Assembly (NCBI GenBank): GCA_965249575.1
Contig: OZ252244.1
Span: 736,001 to 800,000, forward strand
Direction: 5' to 3'
DNA: 64,000 nt
From: Gemmatimonadales bacterium
GTDB lineage: Bacteria > Gemmatimonadota > Gemmatimonadetes > Gemmatimonadales > GWC2-71-9
Made by a program: the position numbers and the translations under genes. This document shows, in pieces, positions 1-9,175 of the stretch. The number at the start of each line of letters is the position of its first letter. Position 1 is the stretch's first letter. The notes below the pieces were generated by a model that searched no databases, was not told the origin of the DNA, and saw only the letters and a list, made by a program, of their open reading frames with translations.

Positions 1-1823
1 CCAATCGGGTCGCTTCCGCCGGTCACGGCACCAACAAACGTCCCTGCATCACCACCGTCATACGCCAGGAGTGTCCAGTAGTGGGGTCGCAACGCAGCCC
101 ACGGTGCGTACGAGCCGCGCCGAATCTCGACCGGAGGTGCGGGCCCTGTGGGCACCGCCTTATTCGCGGTCGGCGGCGGACCCGTTCGGAGTGCTTTCGG
201 ACGAGTCGCGACGATCGCAAAGCCGTCAACCGACACGGTTGAATAAAAGATCGTACCGTCCTGGTGCGGTGCCGGCTCCCGGGCGCCGGTTGGGGCCTCG
301 GTAAGCTGTACCGTGCGCGCCGTCTCGACGTCGTATGAGAACACCTGGGGGAGACCGGTGCGTTCGGAGGTAAACAGGACCTCCGATCCGTCCGGTGACC
401 AGACAGGATCGGCATCGAGGTGCACATCGTCGGTCAAGGAGCGGACCGCGTCCGGCGACTGCCGCGCCCACAACACGATGTCCCATCTCCCGCCTAGATG
501 CCTGCCCGCCGCGACACGGGACCCATCAGGGGACACCGCAAGCCGAGACCAGTCGTCCGCCGGGGGCGCCGCGAACGACGCGGCCGGCAACCCGTCGGTA
601 CCCAGGCGCACAAGACTCGTACCCCCGCTCGTGATCGCGACGGCTCCCGCCAGGCCGCCGGGATCGGCGAACGGACGGGTGAGTCGCCCGCCCCGAGACA
701 GCCGGGACCACGTTCCCCCGGGTGTCCACCGGTAGAGGTCGCTTCGCAACTCGACCGGCGACCCGTAATCGAGTTGACTGACCACGAGCGATTCATTGAC
801 CCAGGCGAAGTCTGCCGAACCGTTGACCGTTCGGTGAGCCACGACCCTTCCGGTCACGAGATCTCGAACGACCACCTGTGCCGGATGCTTCCCGTCGACC
901 TGGAGGTAGGCGAGGTGACGCCCGTCTGTCGCGAGGCGCGGATGCGGCTCCGCCCGCAGCCCGCGAACGAGCATCTCGCCTTCGCCGTCGATAGAGGCAA
1001 GGCGTGACGACCGCCGCTGCAGACCCTGCCACCCCTCGGCGACGCTCTGCCCTCCGGCTTCCATGAGCGGGCCGGAGACCAGGAACGGCCAAAGACGTGC
1101 CGAGGAAGCTTCGACGAATCGCGGCACCAGCAAGTCGCCGGATCGATCCGCCTCTTGGCCGAAGAACCGCGAGCCCCATGCGTAGGGCCGAACGGCTCCC
1201 GGCCAGCGGGGCGTGGCAAAGGTGGCATCCCCGGGACGTAGCCAGGCACCGGCCGACGCAGCCAACACCTGGTCGTGAAACGCGGCCCGCAGACGACCGC
1301 CCGACGTGAAGCGGGACTCGTAATAGGTTGCAAGGCCCTCCAGCACCCACGACGGGCGATAGACATTGGGAAACAACGTGGGCGCGCGCCCGAATAGGTA
1401 CTGCAGCCCTCTCCAGACTCCCTTGACCCGGTCAAGATGGAAAATGTGCGCGAGCTCGTGAATGATGACTTGCCGGAGCCAATCGTCGTAGCGACTGAGA
1501 GACAGCGCATCCGCCGGTGGCGTGAGGTGAATCCCGATCCGATTCGAGGGGAACACCACCGCAAAGCCATTGGGCACGTCAGTATTACCGTGCAAAGTCA
1601 AATCGATCTTACCGCGAGGCGGCACGAGCTCGGCAGCGAGCAGCCCGTACGCACGCTCAGCTTCTCGAGCCGCCGCGGCTGCCGCTTCATCGTACTCGAT
1701 GCGGGCGTGGATCCTGAAATGCTTCGTGTGCCACGTCTGCCACGGGCCACTCGGATCCGCCTGCGCCGCCGCCTCAGCCACTGCCGCGAAGGTCACGACC
1801 AGCGCGACCACGGCAACCTTCAA
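1..1823 (-). CDS. Exported zincin-like metallopeptidase + TolB/PD40-like beta-propeller protein, probably with C-terminal outer-membrane barrel; runs off the window start
   Basis: Not in the ORF track. Manual translation from TTG 1823 (TTGA overlap with the amidase stop): MKVAVVALVVTFAAVAEAAAQADPSGPWQTWHTKHFRIH..., HELAH and WVLEGLATYYE (gluzincin), propeller-like PRLATDGRHLAYL and SDLYRW, same frame at the window edge (LRPHYW...GGSDPI). Confidence 0.8.
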   Translation of the reverse strand, partial: MKVAVVALVVTFAAVAEAAAQADPSGPWQTWHTKHFRIHARIEYDEAAAAAAREAERAYGLLAAELVPPRGKIDLTLHGNTDVPNGFAVVFPSNRIGIHLTPPADALSLSRYDDWLRQVIIHELAHIFHLDRVKGVWRGLQYLFGRAPTLFPNVYRPSWVLEGLATYYESRFTSGGRLRAAFHDQVLAASAGAWLRPGDATFATPRWPGAVRPYAWGSRFFGQEADRSGDLLVPRFVEASSARLWPFLVSGPLMEAGGQSVAEGWQGLQRRSSRLASIDGEGEMLVRGLRAEPHPRLATDGRHLAYLQVDGKHPAQVVVRDLVTGRVVAHRTVNGSADFAWVNESLVVSQLDYGSPVELRSDLYRWTPGGTWSRLSRGGRLTRPFADPGGLAGAVAITSGGTSLVRLGTDGLPAASFAAPPADDWSRLAVSPDGSRVAAGRHLGGRWDIVLWARQSPDAVRSLTDDVHLDADPVWSPDGSEVLFTSERTGLPQVFSYDVETARTVQLTEAPTGAREPAPHQDGTIFYSTVSVDGFAIVATRPKALRTGPPPTANKAVPTGPAPPVEIRRGSYAPWAALRPHYWTLLAYDGGDAGTFVGAVTGGSDPI

Positions 1824-3766
1824 GGGCTACGCTCCGCGTACGCTCGCAAGTAGGCTTCGATCCCGTCCACAATGCCCCGTGCATAACGCCACTGGCCCTC
1901 TTCGCTGGTGAGGATCGCCTCCTGGTCGGGGAGCATCATGAACAACCCCTCCGTGAGCGCGGAGGGGAACCACGTACCCCGCACCACTGCGAGATCACCT
2001 CGGACCACACCACGGTCGCGCGAGTCAAACTGACTCACCAGGGAGGCGCTGAGGAGCCTGGCAAGCTGGACCGACCGTGGATGGTAGTAATAGACACTCG
2101 TCCCGTGATTCTCGAATGGATTGACCCCGTCCGGGAGGGCATCGGCATGGATCGAGACCATCAACTCCGCGTCGGCCCGTTCCGCCCGTGGGACCCGCTG
2201 CATGAGACCCACGGCTGAATCGGCTGAACGCGTCAGCACGGCTTCGGCTCCAAGGCGCCTGAGTAGCTCCGCGGCCTTTCGTGCTACCGCCAGCGCGACC
2301 ACGGGCTCACGCGCCCCGGTTGGACCCGTTGCCCCCCGGGGAGGATGGCCGGGATCGAGCGCGATGCGGCGCCCATGCAGCGGGCGTAATGGGTCGATGC
2401 GAGGTGGGCGACGCACGTGAAGAAGGAGCTCGCCGTGTCCCCATTCGGCGCGGTAGCCCCAGACGGCTTGCGTCAGCTCAACGTAGACCGCCGCCTCGTC
2501 GGTACGTGGCTGGGCAAAGCGGATCGACGACACCAGGGAGTCGGTGGCGCCGTAATAGATCCGGTCCATGTCCGCCGCGACACCGTACAGCTCGAGCGTG
2601 AGGGACTGCGCGCGTTCATCGACCCGGAATGGCACGCGCACCGGTATTGGCACGCGCAGCGTTACCGCGGATGCCGTACTCTCGAGGCGAGGCATGCCCG
2701 TCCGCACCCGAGGTAACGGAGTGCCGGGAGGCAAGGGCTGGACGTCACGTGCATCAACCCAGGCGGAAGCGCCCTGCGACAACTGAAGTCTGATTTGCGC
2801 GTTGGCCCTGCCACTCACGCCGGCGACCGTCCCGGTGGGGAAGAACCAGTTGTAGGTCCCCCTGGGCGATGGCCGACCAGCGAGCGAACTATCGGTTTGT
2901 CCAGTGCCCGCGGTATCATCGTTGATGATGACAACGGGAGGGGGCGCGTCGTCGATCGGGGCCAGGCTGAGGGGCCAGCGCGCCCGCGCCGTATCAGCGT
3001 CTCGAACCGCCTCGACCACCGCCCAAGCTGGATCGTCAGGCGAGGGGGCCGCATTCGGTGAGAGCACGTGGCCCGGATCGGGTCCGATGCGCCCGGCCCA
3101 CCACCCCACGTATCGCTGCCCGTCCGTATCTCCCCCGCGGCCGAGCCGTCCGGCAACTCCACCGCTATCTTGCAGGAGGGGTAGCGAAGTTCCATCGGCA
3201 AACCGCAGTCGCACATCGGCCAACGCGCTGGCGCGCAGCATGAGCGTCGTTCCTTCGCCAGGTGAGCGCCAATGCATCCCCGCCGGGGAGAGGGTGGTCG
3301 TATCAATCCAGGCCGATCGGGGAGGGGGAGCAAACCGCTGCTGAATCGGCGCGACGAGCGTCGCCCGAGACGTGTCGCGACCGGCGACCGCAACCATATA
3401 GAATCGAGCGATGGAGTCGCGGGGCAACGGCAACCAGGCGATCCAACCGCCACTCGGATATACAGGGATCTGGACACCATTCACGGCCAGGCGGGCGTCG
3501 CCTCGCCCTACCGAGCCGAACACGAAGGCGGAATCCAGGCTGCGGATGCGGTCCTCCGCGGCCGAAAAGATGACGATCGTGTCGCCGACCGTGTCGCGGG
3601 TGGCTTCCCTGGGATAGGCGATGGCGATAGCCAGCGGGCCGGCCGCCACCGGGGGTGGCGAAAGCGGGGGAAGCGGGAGGGAGCCACTTCCGGCGGCGCC
3701 ACCCGCGCAGGCCGAGATGGCCAGCAGCAAGGCCGCGGCGTTGGGACTCGACGAGGCGCAGCGCAC
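1820..3766 (-). CDS. N-acetylmuramoyl-L-alanine amidase (Amidase_3), probable lipoprotein
   Basis: C-terminal IALDPGH...E...SIHADA...LTEGLFM Zn-amidase motifs; lipobox-like LLLAISAC. Confidence 0.9.
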   Translation of the reverse strand: MRCASSSPNAAALLLAISACAGGAAGSGSLPLPPLSPPPVAAGPLAIAIAYPREATRDTVGDTIVIFSAAEDRIRSLDSAFVFGSVGRGDARLAVNGVQIPVYPSGGWIAWLPLPRDSIARFYMVAVAGRDTSRATLVAPIQQRFAPPPRSAWIDTTTLSPAGMHWRSPGEGTTLMLRASALADVRLRFADGTSLPLLQDSGGVAGRLGRGGDTDGQRYVGWWAGRIGPDPGHVLSPNAAPSPDDPAWAVVEAVRDADTARARWPLSLAPIDDAPPPVVIINDDTAGTGQTDSSLAGRPSPRGTYNWFFPTGTVAGVSGRANAQIRLQLSQGASAWVDARDVQPLPPGTPLPRVRTGMPRLESTASAVTLRVPIPVRVPFRVDERAQSLTLELYGVAADMDRIYYGATDSLVSSIRFAQPRTDEAAVYVELTQAVWGYRAEWGHGELLLHVRRPPRIDPLRPLHGRRIALDPGHPPRGATGPTGAREPVVALAVARKAAELLRRLGAEAVLTRSADSAVGLMQRVPRAERADAELMVSIHADALPDGVNPFENHGTSVYYYHPRSVQLARLLSASLVSQFDSRDRGVVRGDLAVVRGTWFPSALTEGLFMMLPDQEAILTSEEGQWRYARGIVDGIEAYLRAYAERSP

Positions 3767-3862
3767 GGTGGCGGAACCTAAACCATACCAAGGAGCTACG
3801 TCAATTTTCGGCTGGTTGACCCCCCATTTTTGGAGGAGTAGATTGGATTTTCTGCGTAGTTC

Positions 3863-4912
3863 TTGGGGAGTTTAGCACGCGTGACGGTCTGCGCTCATTG
3901 TGGCCGGGAAAACAGCGATGAAACTCGCTTCTGCGACGACTGCGGTAAACCCGTGAGGGGATCGAGCGCGGCGGGTTCCCGACCGGTCGCGGGTGGCAAG
4001 GGTACGCCATCTTCCGACCCGCCGGTGCCGCGCGCCTCGAGCGGCCGGATCTGCCCCGGGTGCAAGGCGCCCGCTGCGGCGGGGTTCCTGTTTTGCCCCA
4101 CCTGCGGGACGCGGCTGAGCGCCGGCGGCGACGAGGATTCGTGCGAGAAGTGTGGGGCGCCTCTCACGCCCACAGCGCAGTTCTGCGCTGCGTGCGGCAC
4201 GCGGACGATCGAGGACGAAGTAGAGGTCGCGCTCAACACTGCCGTCTTCGCACCCACCAAGATGGACCCGCGCTTCGCGCTCGTTATCATCGACGAGTCC
4301 GGCACGACCATCAGCACCCATCCGCTGGCCGGGGAAGAAACCACCATCGGTCGTGGGGAAGCCGATATCAGTTTCCCCGATGACCCGTTCCTCTCTCCCA
4401 TTCACGCGCAGCTGGCGTTCCGAGATGGCCAAATGCACCTCCGCGATCTCGGCTCCCGTAACAGCACCTGGTGGTTCATCGAGGATCCGCACCGCCTGTC
4501 GGACGGCGATCTGCTGCTGGTAGGATCCCAGATCATCAAGTTTCGCCGGCTGGGCTACCCCGGCCCCCACCCACCCGAGGCCGACGCAACCCGGCGCATG
4601 GGCAGCCTCGTCCCGAGCGCGGACATCGCTCGACTGTCGCAACAGCGAAGCGATGGGAGCGAGCGGGACGTGATGCATCTCTCACCCGGCAGAAACGTGA
4701 CCATCGGTCGGGAGAAGGGGGATTGGCTCTTTCCGTACGATCCGTCGATGAGCGGCATGCATGCTCAAATCCGCTCCGAAGACGCTGATTTTGTCATCGT
4801 CGATGCCGGCAGTCGAAACGGCGTCGCCATGGCGGTGCGGGGCGAGATTCCACTGCGCAACGGCTCGCGCGTCCTGGTGGGTGACAAGCTGATGCGCCTG
4901 GAGACGCCGTGA
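3863..4912 (+). CDS. Zinc-ribbon (3 CxxC pairs) + tandem FHA domain protein
   Basis: CAHC/CDDC, CPGC/CPTC, CEKC/CAAC; two FHA signatures IGR..SPIHA..DLGSRNST and IGR..SGMHA..DAGSRNG; start may be GTG 3881. Confidence 0.9.
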   Translation: MGSLARVTVCAHCGRENSDETRFCDDCGKPVRGSSAAGSRPVAGGKGTPSSDPPVPRASSGRICPGCKAPAAAGFLFCPTCGTRLSAGGDEDSCEKCGAPLTPTAQFCAACGTRTIEDEVEVALNTAVFAPTKMDPRFALVIIDESGTTISTHPLAGEETTIGRGEADISFPDDPFLSPIHAQLAFRDGQMHLRDLGSRNSTWWFIEDPHRLSDGDLLLVGSQIIKFRRLGYPGPHPPEADATRRMGSLVPSADIARLSQQRSDGSERDVMHLSPGRNVTIGREKGDWLFPYDPSMSGMHAQIRSEDADFVIVDAGSRNGVAMAVRGEIPLRNGSRVLVGDKLMRLETP

Positions 4913-6669
4913 AGCAGTGCGCCACGTGCGGGACCGAGTGGCCGGACGAGACGAAATTCTGTCCCAACGATGGAACGACACTTCGTTCGGCCAGCGGCGG
5001 CGCCGAGATGGTGGGCAGCGTCGTCGCCGATCGGTACCACATTCTCAAGAAGCTGGGCGAGGGTGGCATGGGAGCCGTGTATCTCGGCGAGCACGTCAAG
5101 ATGGGGCGCATGAGCGCGATCAAGGTCCTCACGCAAGCCATGGTCGCCGACCCGGACGCCGTCGCCCGCTTCAACCGCGAGGCGGCGAACGCCGCGAGAA
5201 TCACGCACCCGAACGTGTGCGCCATCTACGACTTCGGAGAAACCCCAGAGGGCTTGATCTACCTTGCGATGGAATTCATCGAAGGGGACGCGCTCACGAC
5301 GGTGCTGGAACGAGAGGGTGGCCGGTTGGCCGCGCCTCGCGCGGCGGCGATCATCCAGCAGGCGGGCGATGCCCTCCAGGCAGCCCACGACCTCGGGATC
5401 GTGCACCGAGATCTCAAGCCCGACAACATCATGATCACCGAGGGCCGAGACGGCGGTGACGTCGTAAAGGTCGTTGACTTCGGGATCGCCAAGGCAATGG
5501 GAGGCAACGAGGGGCAGACCGTCACGAAGACCGGGCTCGTCGTCGGGACTCCGGAATACATGAGCCCGGAACAGCTCTCGGGCGACACGCTCGACGGACG
5601 GAGCGACATCTACTCGCTCGGGTTGGTCTTCTTCCGAATCATCACCGGGACCCTCCCGTTCCAAGCCGACAGCGCGCAAGAGACCATGATCAAGCGCCTG
5701 ACGGACGACCCGCTCAAGCTGAACGAGGCCTTTCCGGAAGGAAGCTTCCCGCCCCGCCTCCAGGCCGTCGTGGACAACGCCTTACAGCGGATGCCCGGCG
5801 AACGTAGCTCGAGCGCGGCGGCGTTCGCGCGCGAGGTCGCGGCAGCCGTCGACGCCATGGACGCACAGCCAGCACCGCCCGCCGCGACCGAAAGCGCGAC
5901 GATGCTGATCGACCCTTCCGAGGCGCCCACCCCGATGGTGGTGACCCGGGTCTCCGAGTCCGACAGCCGGCCACCAGAAACACCATCGAACGACGAGGTG
6001 TCGACGCCCGCTGCCGAGCCCAAGACCAAGAAGAAAGCGACCCGGCGTCGCGCGCCGAGAAAGAAACCACCGCCCAAGAAGAAGGTACCGGTAGCCGTGG
6101 TTGCCGCTGCTGCTGGCGTGCTCGCGATCGGCGGCGCGGCGGCCGCCGTGAAACTGAGCGGGGGAAATGGCGCCGGGGCCGCCGCCGACTCCGTGTTCGT
6201 CGCGAATGCGGATGTGACCGGGGACACCGCCAAACCGCTTGCGACACGCGATAATCAGTCAGCCACCCGTCCGCCGGTACAGCCAACGACCACACGGCCC
6301 CAACCGGATGTGACGCAACCAATAGCCAGACCGCCAACGCCACCGACAACGACGAGGGACGTAGCTCCCGCTCCCGTCGTCGCCACCGCCGACAGTGCGG
6401 TGATCCACGGCGAGCTGGGCATCATTCTGGACCAAGTCGTTTTGGGAGATATCGCTGAGCGCGCTCGCGGTATGCGGGCGGCACAGGACATTTACAGCAA
6501 CGTCGCCGTTCCCGCGAATCAGCGCGCCGACGCCGCATCTTACGTCGCGCAGGGCTATTACGAGAACGCGAACACCACGGAGGCCTGCCGGTGGATCGGG
6601 AATGCCCGCCTCCTCGCCCCCATGAGGGTCACGCTGTCGGACATTCATCAGCGCTGGGGGTGCCCGTGA
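4909..6669 (+). CDS. Hanks-type membrane Ser/Thr protein kinase with N-terminal zinc ribbon
   Basis: GEGGMG, AIK, HRDLKPDN, DFGIAK, GTPEYMSPE; CATC..CPND at the N-terminus; hydrophobic segment VAVVAAAAGVLAIGG. Confidence 0.95.
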   Translation: MKQCATCGTEWPDETKFCPNDGTTLRSASGGAEMVGSVVADRYHILKKLGEGGMGAVYLGEHVKMGRMSAIKVLTQAMVADPDAVARFNREAANAARITHPNVCAIYDFGETPEGLIYLAMEFIEGDALTTVLEREGGRLAAPRAAAIIQQAGDALQAAHDLGIVHRDLKPDNIMITEGRDGGDVVKVVDFGIAKAMGGNEGQTVTKTGLVVGTPEYMSPEQLSGDTLDGRSDIYSLGLVFFRIITGTLPFQADSAQETMIKRLTDDPLKLNEAFPEGSFPPRLQAVVDNALQRMPGERSSSAAAFAREVAAAVDAMDAQPAPPAATESATMLIDPSEAPTPMVVTRVSESDSRPPETPSNDEVSTPAAEPKTKKKATRRRAPRKKPPPKKKVPVAVVAAAAGVLAIGGAAAAVKLSGGNGAGAAADSVFVANADVTGDTAKPLATRDNQSATRPPVQPTTTRPQPDVTQPIARPPTPPTTTRDVAPAPVVATADSAVIHGELGIILDQVVLGDIAERARGMRAAQDIYSNVAVPANQRADAASYVAQGYYENANTTEACRWIGNARLLAPMRVTLSDIHQRWGCP

Positions 6670-7628
6670 GTTCGACCGGGGCGAGAGACTCCTCACCGCC
6701 CGTTCGCGTACTCGTGTTCGGCAAGACCGACCTCGGGCGCGCGAGGGAGCACAACGAAGATAGCTTCCTCGTCGCTGACCTGAGCAGCAACACAGCGTCT
6801 CTGCTTCCGGAGGTCCGCGAGCACGAGCTGGGTCCCAAGGGCTCCCTGCTCGTGGTGGCCGACGGGATGGGCGGTGCCGCAGCCGGTGAGGTCGCGAGTG
6901 AAATGGCGACCGATTCGATATTCAGTCACATGGTTGAGACCTGGCTCACCGACGATGATGACACGCCACAGCAGTTCGCCTACCGCCTCAAGGAAGCCGT
7001 CGAGCGGGCCAATGCCAGCATCCACGCCTACGCCAAGGCCCACAGCGAGATGCGCGGCATGGGGACGACCACGACGGCCGTCGGTATCCTCGACGACCAG
7101 TTGTATCTCACGCAGGTAGGGGATTCCCGCGCCTATCTCGTCCGGAATGGGTCGGCGATTCAGCTCACCAAGGATCAGTCCTTGATGCAGCGTCTGGTCG
7201 ACGCCGGTGAGCTGACTGAAGAGGAGGCGGAGAAGAGTGAGCGCCGAAACATCATCCTGCAGGCCTTGGGCCCTGATCCGAAGATCCGAGTCGACCTCAC
7301 GCGCCAGCAGATTCGACGCGGTGACGCGGTCGTGTTGTGTTCCGACGGGTTGTCGGGTCAGGTCAAACGGGAGGAGATCGCCGATCGTGTCGCCGGGAAC
7401 CCCGACCTCGTGACGGTGTGTGCCGACCTCATTGCGCTCGCTGACGAACGCGGGGGTCCGGACAACATCACGGTGATCGTGGCACGGTTGGACGGCAACA
7501 GCCTCGAAGAGCCCAACGACGACGAATCCGTCGGCCATCAGGTGTATCCGCTACTCGATACGGAATCCACTACTCAGCCGGTTCCCGTATACAAAGGAAG
7601 CGAGCCACCCAAACCGAAGGGAGGGTAG
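6666..7628 (+). CDS. PP2C/Stp1-type Ser/Thr phosphatase
   Basis: REHNEDS, VADGMGG, VGDSRAY, LCSDGL, GGPDNIT; GTG start overlaps the kinase stop (GTGA). Confidence 0.95.
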   Translation: MSSTGARDSSPPVRVLVFGKTDLGRAREHNEDSFLVADLSSNTASLLPEVREHELGPKGSLLVVADGMGGAAAGEVASEMATDSIFSHMVETWLTDDDDTPQQFAYRLKEAVERANASIHAYAKAHSEMRGMGTTTTAVGILDDQLYLTQVGDSRAYLVRNGSAIQLTKDQSLMQRLVDAGELTEEEAEKSERRNIILQALGPDPKIRVDLTRQQIRRGDAVVLCSDGLSGQVKREEIADRVAGNPDLVTVCADLIALADERGGPDNITVIVARLDGNSLEEPNDDESVGHQVYPLLDTESTTQPVPVYKGSEPPKPKGG

Positions 7629-7672
7629 ACTCGCGTGTTTGGAGCCCCCAGCGGCCAGTCGGTCCCCGGATC

Positions 7673-9172
7673 GTGAAGCCCAAGCTCAGAATCCTCTCCG
7701 GGGCGCGGGCCGGCACGGTGCTCGTGCTGTCCAAACCGCAGTTGGTCGTGGGACGTCACCGCGACTCCGACATCCGCTTTGACGCGGAGCGCGACCTCGA
7801 CGTGTCTACCAGACACGCGCAGATCGAGAAAAAGGGAGACCATTGGGTCGTTCGGGATCTGGGGAGTCGCAACGGTACGTTCGTCAACGGACACCGGCTA
7901 ACCGGCGAGACCAGACTCGACAAAACCGATCAGGTGCGCTTCGGGATCGAGGGCCCCTCGGTGGAGTTCATGGTCGTTCCCGACAGCACCCCCGACACCG
8001 TGGATGAGCCGTTGCCCGCTCGGGACGCTACCGTCAGACCGTCCGCTGGCGCTCACGCGCGGCCAGCGGCTCCCTCCCCGCCAGCCGTCGAGCGCCCGTC
8101 CAATCCCATCCACAGTGAGCCGTCCGTCGCGGCGGCGGCGAAGCCTCGATCAAGCACCACACAGCGCATTCGGGTCGAGGTCGCCCGCCAGACGAGGCGC
8201 CTTCGGATGGCCACCGGGATCTTGGCATTTCTCGTGATCGGCATAGGCGGAGGTCTGTGGTTCGAAAGCACCAGGCGGGAACGTCTTCGAGCCGAAGAAG
8301 TCGCTGCGATGCAGGCGCGGACCGACAGCATCTTGGCAGCGGCGGACGACGCGGTGCGCGGTCTCCAGGGACAGGTGCAGGGCTTGGAGAACGCGCTTCG
8401 GTCCTCGCAAGGTGAGGTGCAGCAGTTGCAAACCCGATTGGCTGCAGCCGAGGCTGCCGGTGACGCGACCCAAGTCGCGAGTTTGCGGCAACAACTGGAG
8501 GCGGCGGGCGAAGCGCTGCGCCGCCAACAGGTGGCTGCCCGCCTGGACTTTCGCGGCATCTACGACGGCAACCAGCGGGCGATTGCGCTGGTTTACGTCG
8601 AGTTCGGGCCAGGTGAGGTGTATACTGGCACCGCGTTCGCAGTGCGGCGCGACGGAACCATGATTACCAATCGGCACGTCGTCGCGGGCGCGGATGGCTC
8701 ACGGCGGCCGACCCGATTGGCTATCCAGTTTGCGGATTCGCCGCAGGTGTGGCCCGCGACGATCCTCGCCATATCGGAGGACACCGACCTCGCGATCGTG
8801 AGGGCCGAAAACATCCTGGGCGACGTGCCCACCGTGCAACCGCTTACGACATCAGCGACCGCGATACGGCCGGGCGAGCCCGTCGCAGTCATCGGGTTCC
8901 CACTCGGCGCCGAACTCCCCATGGCCACTGGTGCGCAGAACCAACGGATCGCGCGGACGACGTTCACGGCGGGAACGGTGAGTAAAGTGCTCCCAGAGCT
9001 CGTCCAGCTCGACGGGTATGGTGCCGAGGGATCCAGTGGTAGCCCGATTTTCGACAGCACCGGACAGGTCATCGGCATCGTGTACGGCGGTCAATCCGGC
9101 TCGGGGGGGCGTGTCGTCTTCGGAGTACCGAGCCGATTCGCGGCGCACCTGCTCTCGTCGGTCGCGAACTAA
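7673..9172 (+). CDS. FHA - TM - coiled coil - trypsin-like serine protease
   Basis: FHA VGR..STRHA..DLGSRNGT; TM ILAFLVIGIGGGLWF; triad motifs TNRHVV, DLAIV, GSSGSP. Confidence 0.9.
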   Translation: MKPKLRILSGARAGTVLVLSKPQLVVGRHRDSDIRFDAERDLDVSTRHAQIEKKGDHWVVRDLGSRNGTFVNGHRLTGETRLDKTDQVRFGIEGPSVEFMVVPDSTPDTVDEPLPARDATVRPSAGAHARPAAPSPPAVERPSNPIHSEPSVAAAAKPRSSTTQRIRVEVARQTRRLRMATGILAFLVIGIGGGLWFESTRRERLRAEEVAAMQARTDSILAAADDAVRGLQGQVQGLENALRSSQGEVQQLQTRLAAAEAAGDATQVASLRQQLEAAGEALRRQQVAARLDFRGIYDGNQRAIALVYVEFGPGEVYTGTAFAVRRDGTMITNRHVVAGADGSRRPTRLAIQFADSPQVWPATILAISEDTDLAIVRAENILGDVPTVQPLTTSATAIRPGEPVAVIGFPLGAELPMATGAQNQRIARTTFTAGTVSKVLPELVQLDGYGAEGSSGSPIFDSTGQVIGIVYGGQSGSGGRVVFGVPSRFAAHLLSSVAN

Positions 9173-9175
9173 CCG

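Noticed and set aside
854..1570. Track ORFs of 238 aa and 185 aa on the minus strand
   Set aside because: Off-frame overlaps of the zincin/propeller gene.
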